DNA of 64,000 nt from assembly GCA_016787705.1 (NCBI GenBank), contig JAEUTP010000017.1, positions 7,511-71,510 of the forward strand, in the 5' to 3' direction. Each line of letters starts with the position of its first letter. Positions within the stretch are counted from its first letter, which is position 1. Below, piece by piece: positions 28,771-38,127 of this stretch. Made by a program: the position numbers and the translations under genes. Source of the DNA: Bacteroidia bacterium. Its GTDB lineage: Bacteria; Bacteroidota; Bacteroidia; B-17B0; Aurantibacillaceae. A model generated the notes under the pieces. That model made no database searches. It saw only the letters and a list, made by a program, of their open reading frames with translations, and had not been told where the DNA came from.

Positions 28771-29628
28771 ATGTGTTTGAAAGCTAAATACCTGTTTATA
28801 GTATTGTTTGCAAGCCTTTCGATTATGACGTTGGGCCAAAGCGGTATTTTGTTTGAGGGGAAGTATTCAGAATACAATGTAAATGATTGTTTTAGGGATT
28901 CTTTTTTTTACAGTGGGTTTAACGGCAAGCCTTTTAAAGCTAATTATATTTTAAAAGGAACACCCATTTGGCGAACAATAAGTTTAGAGAACAAGCAAAA
29001 TAAATTATTGTTAGCTACCGATAAAAAATGCAAACAGATAAGTTTAATAGAAGTAATAAAGTTTGGCTTGTTTGAGAAAAAACTTAATGTGTTTAGTAGT
29101 GATAATTTTAATGAAGCCGAGAAGACTGTTTTAAGCGCAAAACAAATATCATTAGCGCTTTCGTTTAAAGATTCTTCAGAAGTAACAAGCTTTAATGCCA
29201 ATGGTGATGAAACAAAAAATACAATTGTAGAAAAGCGCTACATTATTGCGAAAGACATTGTAAATTATTTGATAAAAGAAGACTGGATCGTAAATAATTA
29301 TTCGGGCAAATTGGAAAAATATATTGTTGCGATTGCACCTTTAGTGCGCGATAAAAAAGCAGAGAAGGTAATTCCTTTATTCTGGCTTTATTACGCGGAA
29401 TGGCAGGGTTTGTTCAATGCTTTTGCAGCAAAGAATTATTTATCTGATGAAGAAATAACATATAGAGATGTTTTTGAAAGAAATTATTTCGCATCACAAA
29501 TAAGTAAAGAAAACAATCAGTTCGATCGTTCTGTAAAATCAGTAAATCACGGACAAGACGCTTATCTTGAAAGTGAAATTATAAAAGAGAAAGTCCGCAA
29601 TTTTGAGAGCGATCTCTTTGGAAAATGA
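28771..29628 (+). CDS. GldN/PorN-like protein (T9SS/gliding periplasmic ring component paralog)
   Basis: Signal peptide. C-terminal PLFWLYYAEW...TYRDVFERNYFASQISKENN...AYLESEIIKEKVRNFESDLF matches my memory of the GldN C-terminal blocks (LFW.(Y/F)FP, FE.R.F, LESE..KEK.RNFE.D.W). ATG 28771 preferred. Confidence 0.5.
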   Translation: MCLKAKYLFIVLFASLSIMTLGQSGILFEGKYSEYNVNDCFRDSFFYSGFNGKPFKANYILKGTPIWRTISLENKQNKLLLATDKKCKQISLIEVIKFGLFEKKLNVFSSDNFNEAEKTVLSAKQISLALSFKDSSEVTSFNANGDETKNTIVEKRYIIAKDIVNYLIKEDWIVNNYSGKLEKYIVAIAPLVRDKKAEKVIPLFWLYYAEWQGLFNAFAAKNYLSDEEITYRDVFERNYFASQISKENNQFDRSVKSVNHGQDAYLESEIIKEKVRNFESDLFGK

Positions 29629-29629
29629 T

Positions 29630-30886
29630 CTATTTAAGTTTGCTTAGCGCACTTTTTAAATTAGCAATAGCGCCAGTAACATCTTCAACTTTACAGGTGC
29701 CTACTGACAAGCGGTACCAGCTTGAATTGGCCGAAGCACCAAATGCAGAAAAAGGTACGATGGCTAATTTTGCTTCATCTAATAAATATTTGGTAATATC
29801 TGCTGTTGTTGCTAACGTTTTGCCCTCTGCAGTTTTTTGTCCGTGTAAACTAAACTGTACTGTTAAATAAATAGCGGCTTGCGGTGCAATGGCATCCACC
29901 TTATAACCTGTTTTTTTTAATTCCTGAAATCCTTTATAAAAACCTTGCAAGCGTGTATCAATTCTCTTTTTTTGTTCGATCAAAAAAGTATCGTATCCTT
30001 CCAAATTAGAAAGGTATTTTGCACTTGCCATTTGCTCTGCTTTTGGGGCCCATGCGCCAACGTGCGTTAAAATAGCTTTCATTTTATCGATAATGAATTT
30101 CGGTCCCATACTCCAGCCAACACGAACGCCTGTAGCAGCAAGTGATTTAGAGATACCATCCACAAAAACTGTATAATTTTTCATTTCAGGACGAAGAGAA
30201 ACCGGATCGTAATGTTTGATATCACCAAAAGTGAGTGCCCAGTAAATTTGATCATACATTAAGTACAATGGTTTTTGTGAAGCATCACGTCTTTTATTTT
30301 CTTCTAAGATCATATCACAGATCTCTTCTAAACCTTCTTTTGTAAAGACAGTACCCGTAGGGTTTTGCGGAGAACACAAGGCCAATAAAGTAGCATTGGC
30401 AATATGCGGCTGAATATCTTTAGCACGCGGCATAAAATTTTGCTCGGGCGTGGCTTCAATAACTACGGGCTTTGCACCGTTTAAGTAAGTGTAGTGATTA
30501 TTATTCCACGATGGAACGGCAAATATTACAGTATCGTTGGCATCTACCAATGCCCTGAAAATACTGTAAATAATAGGTCTTGCGCCACCGGCAATTAATA
30601 TCTCATCATTTTTGTAATCCAATCCGCCGCGTTGTTTTAAAAGGTTGCTAACGGCATTACGCAGTTCAAGCATCCCATCCGCAGCCGGGTAATTGGTTTG
30701 GTTGGCAATATATTCATCAATAATAAACTGTTTTAACTCTGTGGGAATAGGAAATTCGTGCGGGTTAAAATCGCCAATAGTTAAATTATAGATCTTTTCA
30801 CCTTGTTTTATCTTTTCATTTACCTCTGCGGCCAATTTTATGATCTCAGAACCAATTATATTCTCTGCTAACTTAGAAACCTTCAT
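29630..30886 (-). CDS. Class I/II PLP-dependent aminotransferase (aspartate/aromatic-type)
   Basis: 418 aa. NPTG motif (SPQNPTGTV) and PLP-lysine block DGISKSLAATGVRVGW. Confidence 0.85.
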   Translation of the reverse strand: MKVSKLAENIIGSEIIKLAAEVNEKIKQGEKIYNLTIGDFNPHEFPIPTELKQFIIDEYIANQTNYPAADGMLELRNAVSNLLKQRGGLDYKNDEILIAGGARPIIYSIFRALVDANDTVIFAVPSWNNNHYTYLNGAKPVVIEATPEQNFMPRAKDIQPHIANATLLALCSPQNPTGTVFTKEGLEEICDMILEENKRRDASQKPLYLMYDQIYWALTFGDIKHYDPVSLRPEMKNYTVFVDGISKSLAATGVRVGWSMGPKFIIDKMKAILTHVGAWAPKAEQMASAKYLSNLEGYDTFLIEQKKRIDTRLQGFYKGFQELKKTGYKVDAIAPQAAIYLTVQFSLHGQKTAEGKTLATTADITKYLLDEAKLAIVPFSAFGASANSSWYRLSVGTCKVEDVTGAIANLKSALSKLK

Positions 30887-31128
30887 TTTAGTAGTATTTT
30901 ACGCTGTTTTTTAATTTATAGGTTACAAACCTAGATTTATTTTAGAAGTATTCAAATGAATGTTGATATGTTAATTATTAATTCTTACCTTTAAAATACC
31001 CTAAATGGTCTATTTGTTTCAAAGCCCCGTCTAAATCCTTTTAAATAGACTAAAATTTGTTTAGATTTGTTGTAACGGAGGCTTTAATTAGGTGTTTTAC
31101 GCCTCTTTTATTTTAAAAATCTAATCTT

Positions 31129-32139
31129 ATGAAGAGGTTACAATTAGAAGATTTATCGAAACAGCTTGGCTTTTCGAAAACCCTTATATCCATGGTATTA
31201 AATGGTAAGGGTAACCAGTATGGTATCAGTAAAAAAACGCAGGCAGAAGTTTTAGATGCTGTTGCCAAATTAGATTATACACCAAATAAATTTGCAAAAG
31301 CCCTGCGAACGGGTAAAAGTAATTTTATTGGTCTTATCGTAGCGGATATTGCCAATCCATTCTATTCTAAAATAGCAAAGAATATTGAGAACGTTCTTTT
31401 TGAGAAGAATTATAACTTAATGGTATGTAGTACCGATGAAAACGAAGAAAAAGAAAAACGTTTGGTAGAAATGATGATCAATCAACAAGGTGTTGATGGT
31501 TTAATTATTGCTTCTACGTTTAAAGATTCTTCTTTTTACGATCAGCAACGTTATCTTTCTATTCCAACAGTATTTATTGATCGTGTTTTGCCTTTATTCA
31601 ATACCAATTATGTGGTTATTGATAATTATGGAGGCGCTTTAGAAATAATTAATCACCTGATAAGTCACAACTGCAAAAAAATTGCTTGTTTTTCTATTAC
31701 ACCTTCATACATCAGTACAATTGAAGATCGCGTGAATGGTTATAAAGATGCTTTATCAAAAAGCAAATTAAAATTTGATCCATCTTTATTAAAGCCAATT
31801 AATTTTGAGAAAGTAGAGAGTGATGTGGAAGATGCTTTAACAGATCTTTTAAAAATGCATCCCGATCTTGATGCGATCTTTGCATTGAATAATAATATTG
31901 CAACAACCATTTTAAATGTGTTAAAGAAAAAACAATTTGCCGAAAAAGGAAACAAAATAAAGATTGCCTGCTTTGATGATATTGAGCTTTTTAATATTAT
32001 TGACAAACCAATTATTTCGGTATCTCAACCTGTTGAAGAGATCGGCAAAAACGCATCTTTATTGATGTTGGATATTATTGATGGTAAGCAAACCAACAAA
32101 TCAAATATTGTATTGTCTACTAAACTAATTGAGCGTTAG
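31129..32139 (+). CDS. LacI family transcriptional regulator
   Basis: N-terminal HTH LSKQLGFSKTLISMVLNG...LDYTPNKFAKALR, followed by a periplasmic-binding-protein-like sugar-binding fold. Confidence 0.85.
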   Translation: MKRLQLEDLSKQLGFSKTLISMVLNGKGNQYGISKKTQAEVLDAVAKLDYTPNKFAKALRTGKSNFIGLIVADIANPFYSKIAKNIENVLFEKNYNLMVCSTDENEEKEKRLVEMMINQQGVDGLIIASTFKDSSFYDQQRYLSIPTVFIDRVLPLFNTNYVVIDNYGGALEIINHLISHNCKKIACFSITPSYISTIEDRVNGYKDALSKSKLKFDPSLLKPINFEKVESDVEDALTDLLKMHPDLDAIFALNNNIATTILNVLKKKQFAEKGNKIKIACFDDIELFNIIDKPIISVSQPVEEIGKNASLLMLDIIDGKQTNKSNIVLSTKLIER

Positions 32140-32767
32140 TATCAAACAATTCTACTTCAGTTAAGGGATTGAACAGGTAAACGGTTCCACTTTTTATTTC
32201 AATACATTTAAAGCGTTTGCGAACACGCTCACCTTTTTTAAAGATACGCTCGCCGTTATACAAGAACAAGGTATTTAAAGGAATGTGCTCTAAAAAAATA
32301 GTATCGCTGTTCTCATCATGCAATTTTAAAGTCCGCAATAGCTGAACATCACTGCAACTAGATGCTGCCGGGTTTTGTAAATATTTTCTCAAGGCAGCAA
32401 AAACCTCTAAAGGAAAAATATCTGTACTTAAAAAAGGCTGCATTAATTTCTGAAAATTGCGCTTCCATTCAACACCATGTGGATTAACTGAATTTTTATA
32501 TTCGTTATAAGTTACCAAATGTGCCACTTCATGTACCAGCGTAATTAAAAAAGCGTATTTGTTTAAGTTGTGATTGATGGTAATTGTATGATTTAAGCCG
32601 GAGTGCGGCGACATGTAATCTCCCAAGCGTGTTTTCCGTTCTTTAGTGATCTTTAATTTAAAATCAAGATCAATGATCCATTCAGCTATGGTACCAACGG
32701 TTTCTTCGGGCAAATATTTTTTTAATATTGCCGAATTACGCTGGTATTGTAAAGCTCTTGGATCCAC
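32120..32767 (-). CDS. SprT-like zinc metalloprotease domain protein
   Basis: LVHEVAHLVTY (HExxH) followed by HGVEWKRNF, typical of SprT-like domains. 215 aa. Confidence 0.7.
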   Translation of the reverse strand: MDPRALQYQRNSAILKKYLPEETVGTIAEWIIDLDFKLKITKERKTRLGDYMSPHSGLNHTITINHNLNKYAFLITLVHEVAHLVTYNEYKNSVNPHGVEWKRNFQKLMQPFLSTDIFPLEVFAALRKYLQNPAASSCSDVQLLRTLKLHDENSDTIFLEHIPLNTLFLYNGERIFKKGERVRKRFKCIEIKSGTVYLFNPLTEVELFDTNAQLV

Positions 32768-32841
32768 ACTTTAAATTTAATTATCTTTAGGATAAATAAT
32801 TTGTTCAAAATACTAACTTTACAAACATATTTTAGTTAAAA

Positions 32842-33618
32842 ATGAACTCAAAACTTGTAATTGAATATATAGTAAGCTGGCTTAAAAGTTATTCGGATAA
32901 GTCGGGTACCGATGGATTTGTAGTTGGTATCTCGGGTGGTATTGACAGTGCGGTTACTTCCATACTTTGTGCTTTAACAGGCAAAAAAGTAATTGTATTA
33001 AATCTTCCTATCCGTCAATTTAAAACCGAATTTGATCGTAGTGCTGAACATATAAAATGGCTTACAGCCAAATTTAAAAATGTAGAAACGGCAACTGTTG
33101 ATCTTACAGGTGCTTTAGAAAGCCTTGAATCTACTTTGCCAAAAGAGGTGCAAGATTTTTTAACGATGGCCAATACCCGTGCACGTTTGCGCATGACAAC
33201 ACTTTACGCTTTTGCAGGGCATAATCGTTTATTGGTTGCCGGTACCGGAAATAAAGTTGAGGATTTTGGCATTGGCTTTTTTACAAAGTATGGCGATGGT
33301 GGCGTAGATTTAAGCCCAATAGCTGATCTGTATAAAACAGAAGTATATAAGTTGGCAAAAGAATTAGGCGTTGTTGGCAGTATACAACAGGCAAAACCAA
33401 CCGATGGTTTATTTGCAGATGGCAGAACCGATGAAGATCAGATAGGAGCAACTTATCCTGAATTGGAATGGGCTATGGAATACATTGCAAAAAAAGAAAC
33501 AACAGATTTAAACGACAGACAAAAAGAAGTATTAAAAATTTATAACAGCAGGCACAATGCCAATTTACATAAGATAGATGCCATACCTGTTTGTTTGATA
33601 CCACAAAATTTAAAATAA
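32842..33618 (+). CDS. nadE: NH3-dependent NAD+ synthetase
   Basis: PP-loop VGISGGIDSAV, GTGNKVEDFGIGFFTKYGDGG and KPTDGL blocks. Confidence 0.9.
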   Translation: MNSKLVIEYIVSWLKSYSDKSGTDGFVVGISGGIDSAVTSILCALTGKKVIVLNLPIRQFKTEFDRSAEHIKWLTAKFKNVETATVDLTGALESLESTLPKEVQDFLTMANTRARLRMTTLYAFAGHNRLLVAGTGNKVEDFGIGFFTKYGDGGVDLSPIADLYKTEVYKLAKELGVVGSIQQAKPTDGLFADGRTDEDQIGATYPELEWAMEYIAKKETTDLNDRQKEVLKIYNSRHNANLHKIDAIPVCLIPQNLK

Positions 33619-33624
33619 AAGATT

Positions 33625-33930
33625 ATGTTTGGAAAAATGGGAGATATGCTTGGAAAGCTTCAGGAAATGAAGCAAAAAGCAGATGAGATAAAAACGAAGC
33701 TCGATGGGATAGTGTTAAAAATTGAAGGAGCAGGCGGTGATATTAAAATTGAAATTACAGGTAACAAAAAGGTAAAAAATGTTTTTGTTGCACCGGCTTT
33801 GCAACATGGCGGTAAGGATGAACTGGAAGAACAACTAACCGTTACCATAAATAAAGCAATTGAAACTGCAGATAAGTTGAATGAGGAAGAAATGAAAAAA
33901 GCTGCCGGTGGTTTATTACCGGGAATGTAA
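33625..33930 (+). CDS. ybaB: YbaB/EbfC family nucleoid-associated protein
   Basis: 101 aa. MGDMLGKLQEMKQKADEIKTKL...GAGGDIKIEITGNKKV pattern and C-terminal LPGM. Confidence 0.85.
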   Translation: MFGKMGDMLGKLQEMKQKADEIKTKLDGIVLKIEGAGGDIKIEITGNKKVKNVFVAPALQHGGKDELEEQLTVTINKAIETADKLNEEEMKKAAGGLLPGM

Positions 33931-34370
33931 TGATCCGTTTTGAAAAATATTCTGAAAAATTTTTGCCTGGTGTTATCTCTATTTTCAGAAGTAACATTCC
34001 GAAATATTTTTTTGATTTTGAGGAAAAAGAACTTATCGAAGATCTTCCTGAGTTTCATCGTACTTATTTTGTAATGTTCTTAAACGATAAAATTGTTGGT
34101 GCTGGCGGTTATGCCATAAATCCTGATGATACGGTTTCGTTATGCTGGGGAATGGTGCATAACGATTTCCTTAAACAAAATTTAGGAAAAGCACTTTTAG
34201 AATTTCGTTTGAGTGAAATTGAAAAAACGTATCCGGGCAAAACAATTGTAAATTTTACCTCGCAACATACTACCGGTTTTTTTGAAAAGTATGGTTTTAA
34301 AATAGTAAGTGTTACCAAAGATGGATTTGGCCCGGGATTAGACAATTGTAAAATGGAATTAAAAAAATAA
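33930..34370 (+). CDS. GNAT family N-acetyltransferase
   Basis: 146 aa. KQNLGKALLE (xxGxA acetyl-CoA loop) and C-terminal FFEKYGF. Confidence 0.7.
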   Translation: MIRFEKYSEKFLPGVISIFRSNIPKYFFDFEEKELIEDLPEFHRTYFVMFLNDKIVGAGGYAINPDDTVSLCWGMVHNDFLKQNLGKALLEFRLSEIEKTYPGKTIVNFTSQHTTGFFEKYGFKIVSVTKDGFGPGLDNCKMELKK

Positions 34371-34374
34371 AATT

Positions 34375-34887
34375 ATGGCTGTTATCTTACCCGTAAATGG
34401 AGTTGCTCCAACATTTGGAGAAAATTGTTTTATTGCACCCAACGCTACTATTGTTGGCGACGTATTAATAGGAAACGATTGCAGCATATGGTTTAACGCG
34501 GTTGTTCGCGGAGACGTAAACAGTATAAAAATTGGCAACAAAGTAAACATCCAGGATGGGGCCGTTTTACATTGCACGTATCAAAAAACAAAAGTGAATT
34601 TAGGTAATAATGTTTCTATAGGACATAACGCTATTGTTCACGGATGTACAGTACATGATAATGTTTTAATAGGTATGGGTGCTATAGTAATGGATAATTG
34701 CGAAATTGGCAGCAATACAATTATAGCAGCAGGTGCTGTGGTAACAGAAGGTACAAAGGTGCCAAGTGGTTGTATCTTTGCAGGTGTGCCGGCAAAAAAA
34801 GTAAAAGATATTTCGCAGGAATTGATCAACGGTGAAATTGACAGAATAGCAAATAATTATTTAATGTACAGCAGTTGGTTTAAATAA
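34375..34887 (+). CDS. Gamma-class carbonic anhydrase family / hexapeptide-repeat protein (YrdA/PaaY-like)
   Basis: Left-handed beta-helix hexapeptide repeats. IWFNAVVRGDVN...IQDGAVLH...GHNAIVHGC pattern of gamma-CA-like proteins. Confidence 0.85.
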   Translation: MAVILPVNGVAPTFGENCFIAPNATIVGDVLIGNDCSIWFNAVVRGDVNSIKIGNKVNIQDGAVLHCTYQKTKVNLGNNVSIGHNAIVHGCTVHDNVLIGMGAIVMDNCEIGSNTIIAAGAVVTEGTKVPSGCIFAGVPAKKVKDISQELINGEIDRIANNYLMYSSWFK

Positions 34888-34966
34888 CACAACGTTCTTT
34901 AGCGCAATAATCTTTGTTCCTTTTCGTTTTTTAATCATCATAAGTTTAACCTAAAATTGTTTTATT

Positions 34967-37276
34967 ATGCAACGCATTATGATCATGGCATTGTTATGCC
35001 TTACAGGAAGCCTAGGTTCACAAAATTACAGGTATTATAAACCCGGACAGAATTTTTCTTCTACTGAAAACGCTTGTCTGGTTCTTAAGAATGATAAGCG
35101 CACATTACTCTTTTTAAACGATCTTGATAGATATGCAGCTTTTAAAGCTATTAAATTGGTTGGTTTTAATAAACCCGGATTTGATATGGATTCTTTAATA
35201 GAAATGATAAACAAAGGATTTGATCCAAAAACAATTATTTTTGATAACTGCGATCTATCAGGTTTTACAGAGCCTTTAGAAATGTTTAATAAATTAGAAG
35301 AAGTACAACTTTTAAGTAATTGTACATTTTACGAGAATAGTTTATTTGAGTTATTAAAAGATTGTCCTATAAAAAGGTTGCTCATCCAAAAACGAGATGC
35401 AGAACTAATTACAGATAGTTTACATTTTTTAAAGGATCTTAATTCGTTGCAACTTAGTAGCAATAATAAATTTGTTGTACCAAACAAAACTGAGAAAATT
35501 CAAATGGATCTGAATGATCATAGTCGCACGATTGATCTGGCTTATTTTGGTAATTTTTATAAAGAGTATAAAAGTAAAACTGTTTTAGTAAATCACTCTT
35601 CAAAAACAAAACAAAGCCAAAGCGTAAAAAGTTCGCAAATGGCCTGCATCAGGCAACCCATACCGGGTATTGATATAAATGATACGGTGTATAATTTTAA
35701 TGCCATGGCTGGATCTACTATATTTTATGAATCAGGTAGTGAAATAACTATTGATAAAAATGCTTTTGTTACATTAAGCGGACAAAATTATACAGGTAAT
35801 GTAAAATTATTTTACCGCGAATTCAGAAACCCGGTTGAGATCATGCTTTCAGGCATTCCAATGTCAACCAAAGTTGGAGATAAAATGGAGTTATTTAAAA
35901 GCGGAGGCATGTACGAAATAGCTGCATACGATGTAAATGGCAACGAATTAAAAACAACAAGTGATACATCGGTAAAAATTAATTTTGCTTTAACAGATAC
36001 ATCAGAAAAATTTAAATTTTATTCATTAAATGATAATGGAAGTTGGACAACCACGGAGGTTACCGTTAAGCCGGGTGTTGCGAAAAAATCTAATAGGCCA
36101 GATGCTACAAGGGCTGTAAAAGAATACTATGGTTATTTTTATAGCAATGTAAGAAGCAAAGCCGATACCACCAGTTATGAAGCAAGATTTAAAAGCAAAA
36201 ACTATCTCTATACCTACCGCAAAGATAATCTGGAAGCAAAAGCAGATTCAATTAGATTTTTCCCAACTTATGGAGCCATGTTCAATAAGAAAAAAAGCAG
36301 GAACAAAGCTTTTTTTAGAGTGAAATTCGTAAAACTAACAAAGGAAAATGAGATCATTTATACTATCGTAAAAGCGAATAAAAATAATTATGATATTCCA
36401 AAACACATTTTACCATTACTTAACAGAACTTACCTCTATACGGGTAATTTATCAAAAGACGAATTCAGACAAACATACAGCCGTAAACTTTTATGTTGGG
36501 ATGTTAGGCTCAATTCGGTTGGAAATGGTATAGATCTGAATATTAAAACCGATAATTCATTTATAAGTTTAAAAGGCAAGGTAGTAACATTAATGGACGA
36601 TGGTACCTGTTATGTTTCTAAAAAGGCAAATCTTGTTTTATGCAACGCGGTAATAAGAGCACTTTATTCAGATGCAAAACGTTTTAATAAAAAAGAAAGA
36701 ATGCTGCCTTATGGTTATAACGATCTGTATTTTCCAAGAGTAAGTGCAGATGAAAAAGATGTACAGGCATATACCTATTCTAAAAAATATCAAAACAAAG
36801 ATGAAATACAAATGGATTTTGCCGCCTGGAAAGCTTATGTCAAAAAAATATATCCTGAATATAATTACAACTCATTTCAAAATAATAATGATGTTGGTAA
36901 TGCTCTAGTAAAAAGTGGCATGGGTATAAAAAATATTGATGCATATATTCACAGCGGGCAAATGGAGGATATTCTTGTAGATTATAACATGGATGTAGAT
37001 AGTTTGTCAGACGAATACAATGCTATTCTTTTTAAAAGCATTAATACAAGTTACCCTATTACTAAAAGTTATAATGGAAATTCTCTGGCCGGATATTATT
37101 TTAAAAGCAATGATAATTATATTGTAAGATTCTCAGGCAATGGCTACATGCAGGTTACCAAGCCCAATGAATTAAGGCAATTAAAAAAAGGCAACAGTGT
37201 TAATATTGTCTATCAACAACAACATAATGTTAAAAATCTAAACAGTAAAGATATTACAAACTTAATTCTGGACTAA
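34967..37276 (+). CDS. Large hypothetical secreted protein (N-terminal LRR-like segment)
   Basis: 769 aa uninterrupted ORF. Signal peptide MQRIMIMALLCLTGSLGSQ. Residues ~90-170 have leucine-rich-repeat-like spacing. No T9SS CTD or catalytic motif recognised. Confidence 0.6.
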   Translation: MQRIMIMALLCLTGSLGSQNYRYYKPGQNFSSTENACLVLKNDKRTLLFLNDLDRYAAFKAIKLVGFNKPGFDMDSLIEMINKGFDPKTIIFDNCDLSGFTEPLEMFNKLEEVQLLSNCTFYENSLFELLKDCPIKRLLIQKRDAELITDSLHFLKDLNSLQLSSNNKFVVPNKTEKIQMDLNDHSRTIDLAYFGNFYKEYKSKTVLVNHSSKTKQSQSVKSSQMACIRQPIPGIDINDTVYNFNAMAGSTIFYESGSEITIDKNAFVTLSGQNYTGNVKLFYREFRNPVEIMLSGIPMSTKVGDKMELFKSGGMYEIAAYDVNGNELKTTSDTSVKINFALTDTSEKFKFYSLNDNGSWTTTEVTVKPGVAKKSNRPDATRAVKEYYGYFYSNVRSKADTTSYEARFKSKNYLYTYRKDNLEAKADSIRFFPTYGAMFNKKKSRNKAFFRVKFVKLTKENEIIYTIVKANKNNYDIPKHILPLLNRTYLYTGNLSKDEFRQTYSRKLLCWDVRLNSVGNGIDLNIKTDNSFISLKGKVVTLMDDGTCYVSKKANLVLCNAVIRALYSDAKRFNKKERMLPYGYNDLYFPRVSADEKDVQAYTYSKKYQNKDEIQMDFAAWKAYVKKIYPEYNYNSFQNNNDVGNALVKSGMGIKNIDAYIHSGQMEDILVDYNMDVDSLSDEYNAILFKSINTSYPITKSYNGNSLAGYYFKSNDNYIVRFSGNGYMQVTKPNELRQLKKGNSVNIVYQQQHNVKNLNSKDITNLILD

Positions 37277-37288
37277 GTTTGTAAACTT

Positions 37289-37329
37289 AAAAGGCCCCAA
37301 AAGACAGACACACCGTTGGGGGCTTTTTT
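37289..37329. terminator. Bidirectional rho-independent terminator between convergent genes
   Basis: aaaa-ggccccaa ... ttgggggc-tttttt. GC-rich 6-7 bp stem with one bulge, flanked by an A-run and a T-run. Confidence 0.65.
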
Positions 37330-37334
37330 GATTT

Positions 37335-38111
37335 TTACTCCCCTTTGAAATCTGGCTTGCGTTTTTCTAAAAAAGCTTTTACGCCTTCATTGTAATCATA
37401 ACTGTTAGCGGCATCAACTTGTATTGTTCCTTCAAAATTTAATTGTTCGGCTAAATTATTGCTGTAAGATTTGTTTAGTAAACGCTTTGTTAAACCAATT
37501 GCTTTTGTTGGCATTGCTGCCACGTGGTGCGCGTTTACCAATGTCTGTTCAAGTAAACTGGCATCATCAAATAATTTGTAAGCCATGCCGTATTGTATTG
37601 CTTCATCCGCAGTTACCTTGTCGCCAGTTATCATTAAAGCGCTGGCCATATTAAATCCAACCAAACGCGGTAAGGTAAATGTCCCGCCACTATCCGGTAT
37701 CAATCCGATTTTGCTAAAGGCTTGTATAAAACTGGCCGATTTTCCCACAAAAATAATATCACATGCTAAAGCAATATTTGCTCCTGCGCCTGCAGCCACA
37801 CCATTAACCGCAGCAATAATTGGCTTTTCAATATTTCTTATTCTTAAAATAATGGGGTTGTAATGTTCATCTACAATTTTTTTAATGCCTGGTCCGTTTG
37901 GATCTATTGCCTCCGCAAGATCCTGCCCCGCACAAAATGCTTTTCCGGTTCCGGTTAAGATAATTGCCCTTACACTTTTATCTTTTTCTGCTTTATCTAA
38001 CTCAGCAATTAATTGCAAAGCCATTTCGCGATTAAAGCTGTTAAATTTATCAGCCCTGTTTAACGTTAAAATTAAAACGTTGTTTTTTTGTTCTCTTAAA
38101 ATAAAGCTCAT
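37335..38111 (-). CDS. Enoyl-CoA hydratase/isomerase (crotonase) family protein
   Basis: 258 aa. Oxyanion-hole blocks GKAFCAGQDL and AAVNGVAAGAGANIALACD. Confidence 0.85.
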   Translation of the reverse strand: MSFILREQKNNVLILTLNRADKFNSFNREMALQLIAELDKAEKDKSVRAIILTGTGKAFCAGQDLAEAIDPNGPGIKKIVDEHYNPIILRIRNIEKPIIAAVNGVAAGAGANIALACDIIFVGKSASFIQAFSKIGLIPDSGGTFTLPRLVGFNMASALMITGDKVTADEAIQYGMAYKLFDDASLLEQTLVNAHHVAAMPTKAIGLTKRLLNKSYSNNLAEQLNFEGTIQVDAANSYDYNEGVKAFLEKRKPDFKGE

Positions 38112-38127
38112 ACTATTTTATAATAAT

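Noticed and set aside
29625-29870. 81-aa plus-strand ORF starting at the end of the GldN-like gene
   Set aside because: It lies entirely antisense to the 3' end of the well-supported aminotransferase gene (29630..30886) and has no supporting motif.
33660-34058. 132-aa minus-strand ORF spanning the ybaB/GNAT junction, and the similar 102-aa ORF at 52178..52486 spanning the PBP1A/scoA junction
   Set aside because: Both are antisense to two well-supported genes. Their translations are Ser/Phe/Ile-rich with no motif. Spanning a junction is expected by chance for antisense frames in this composition.
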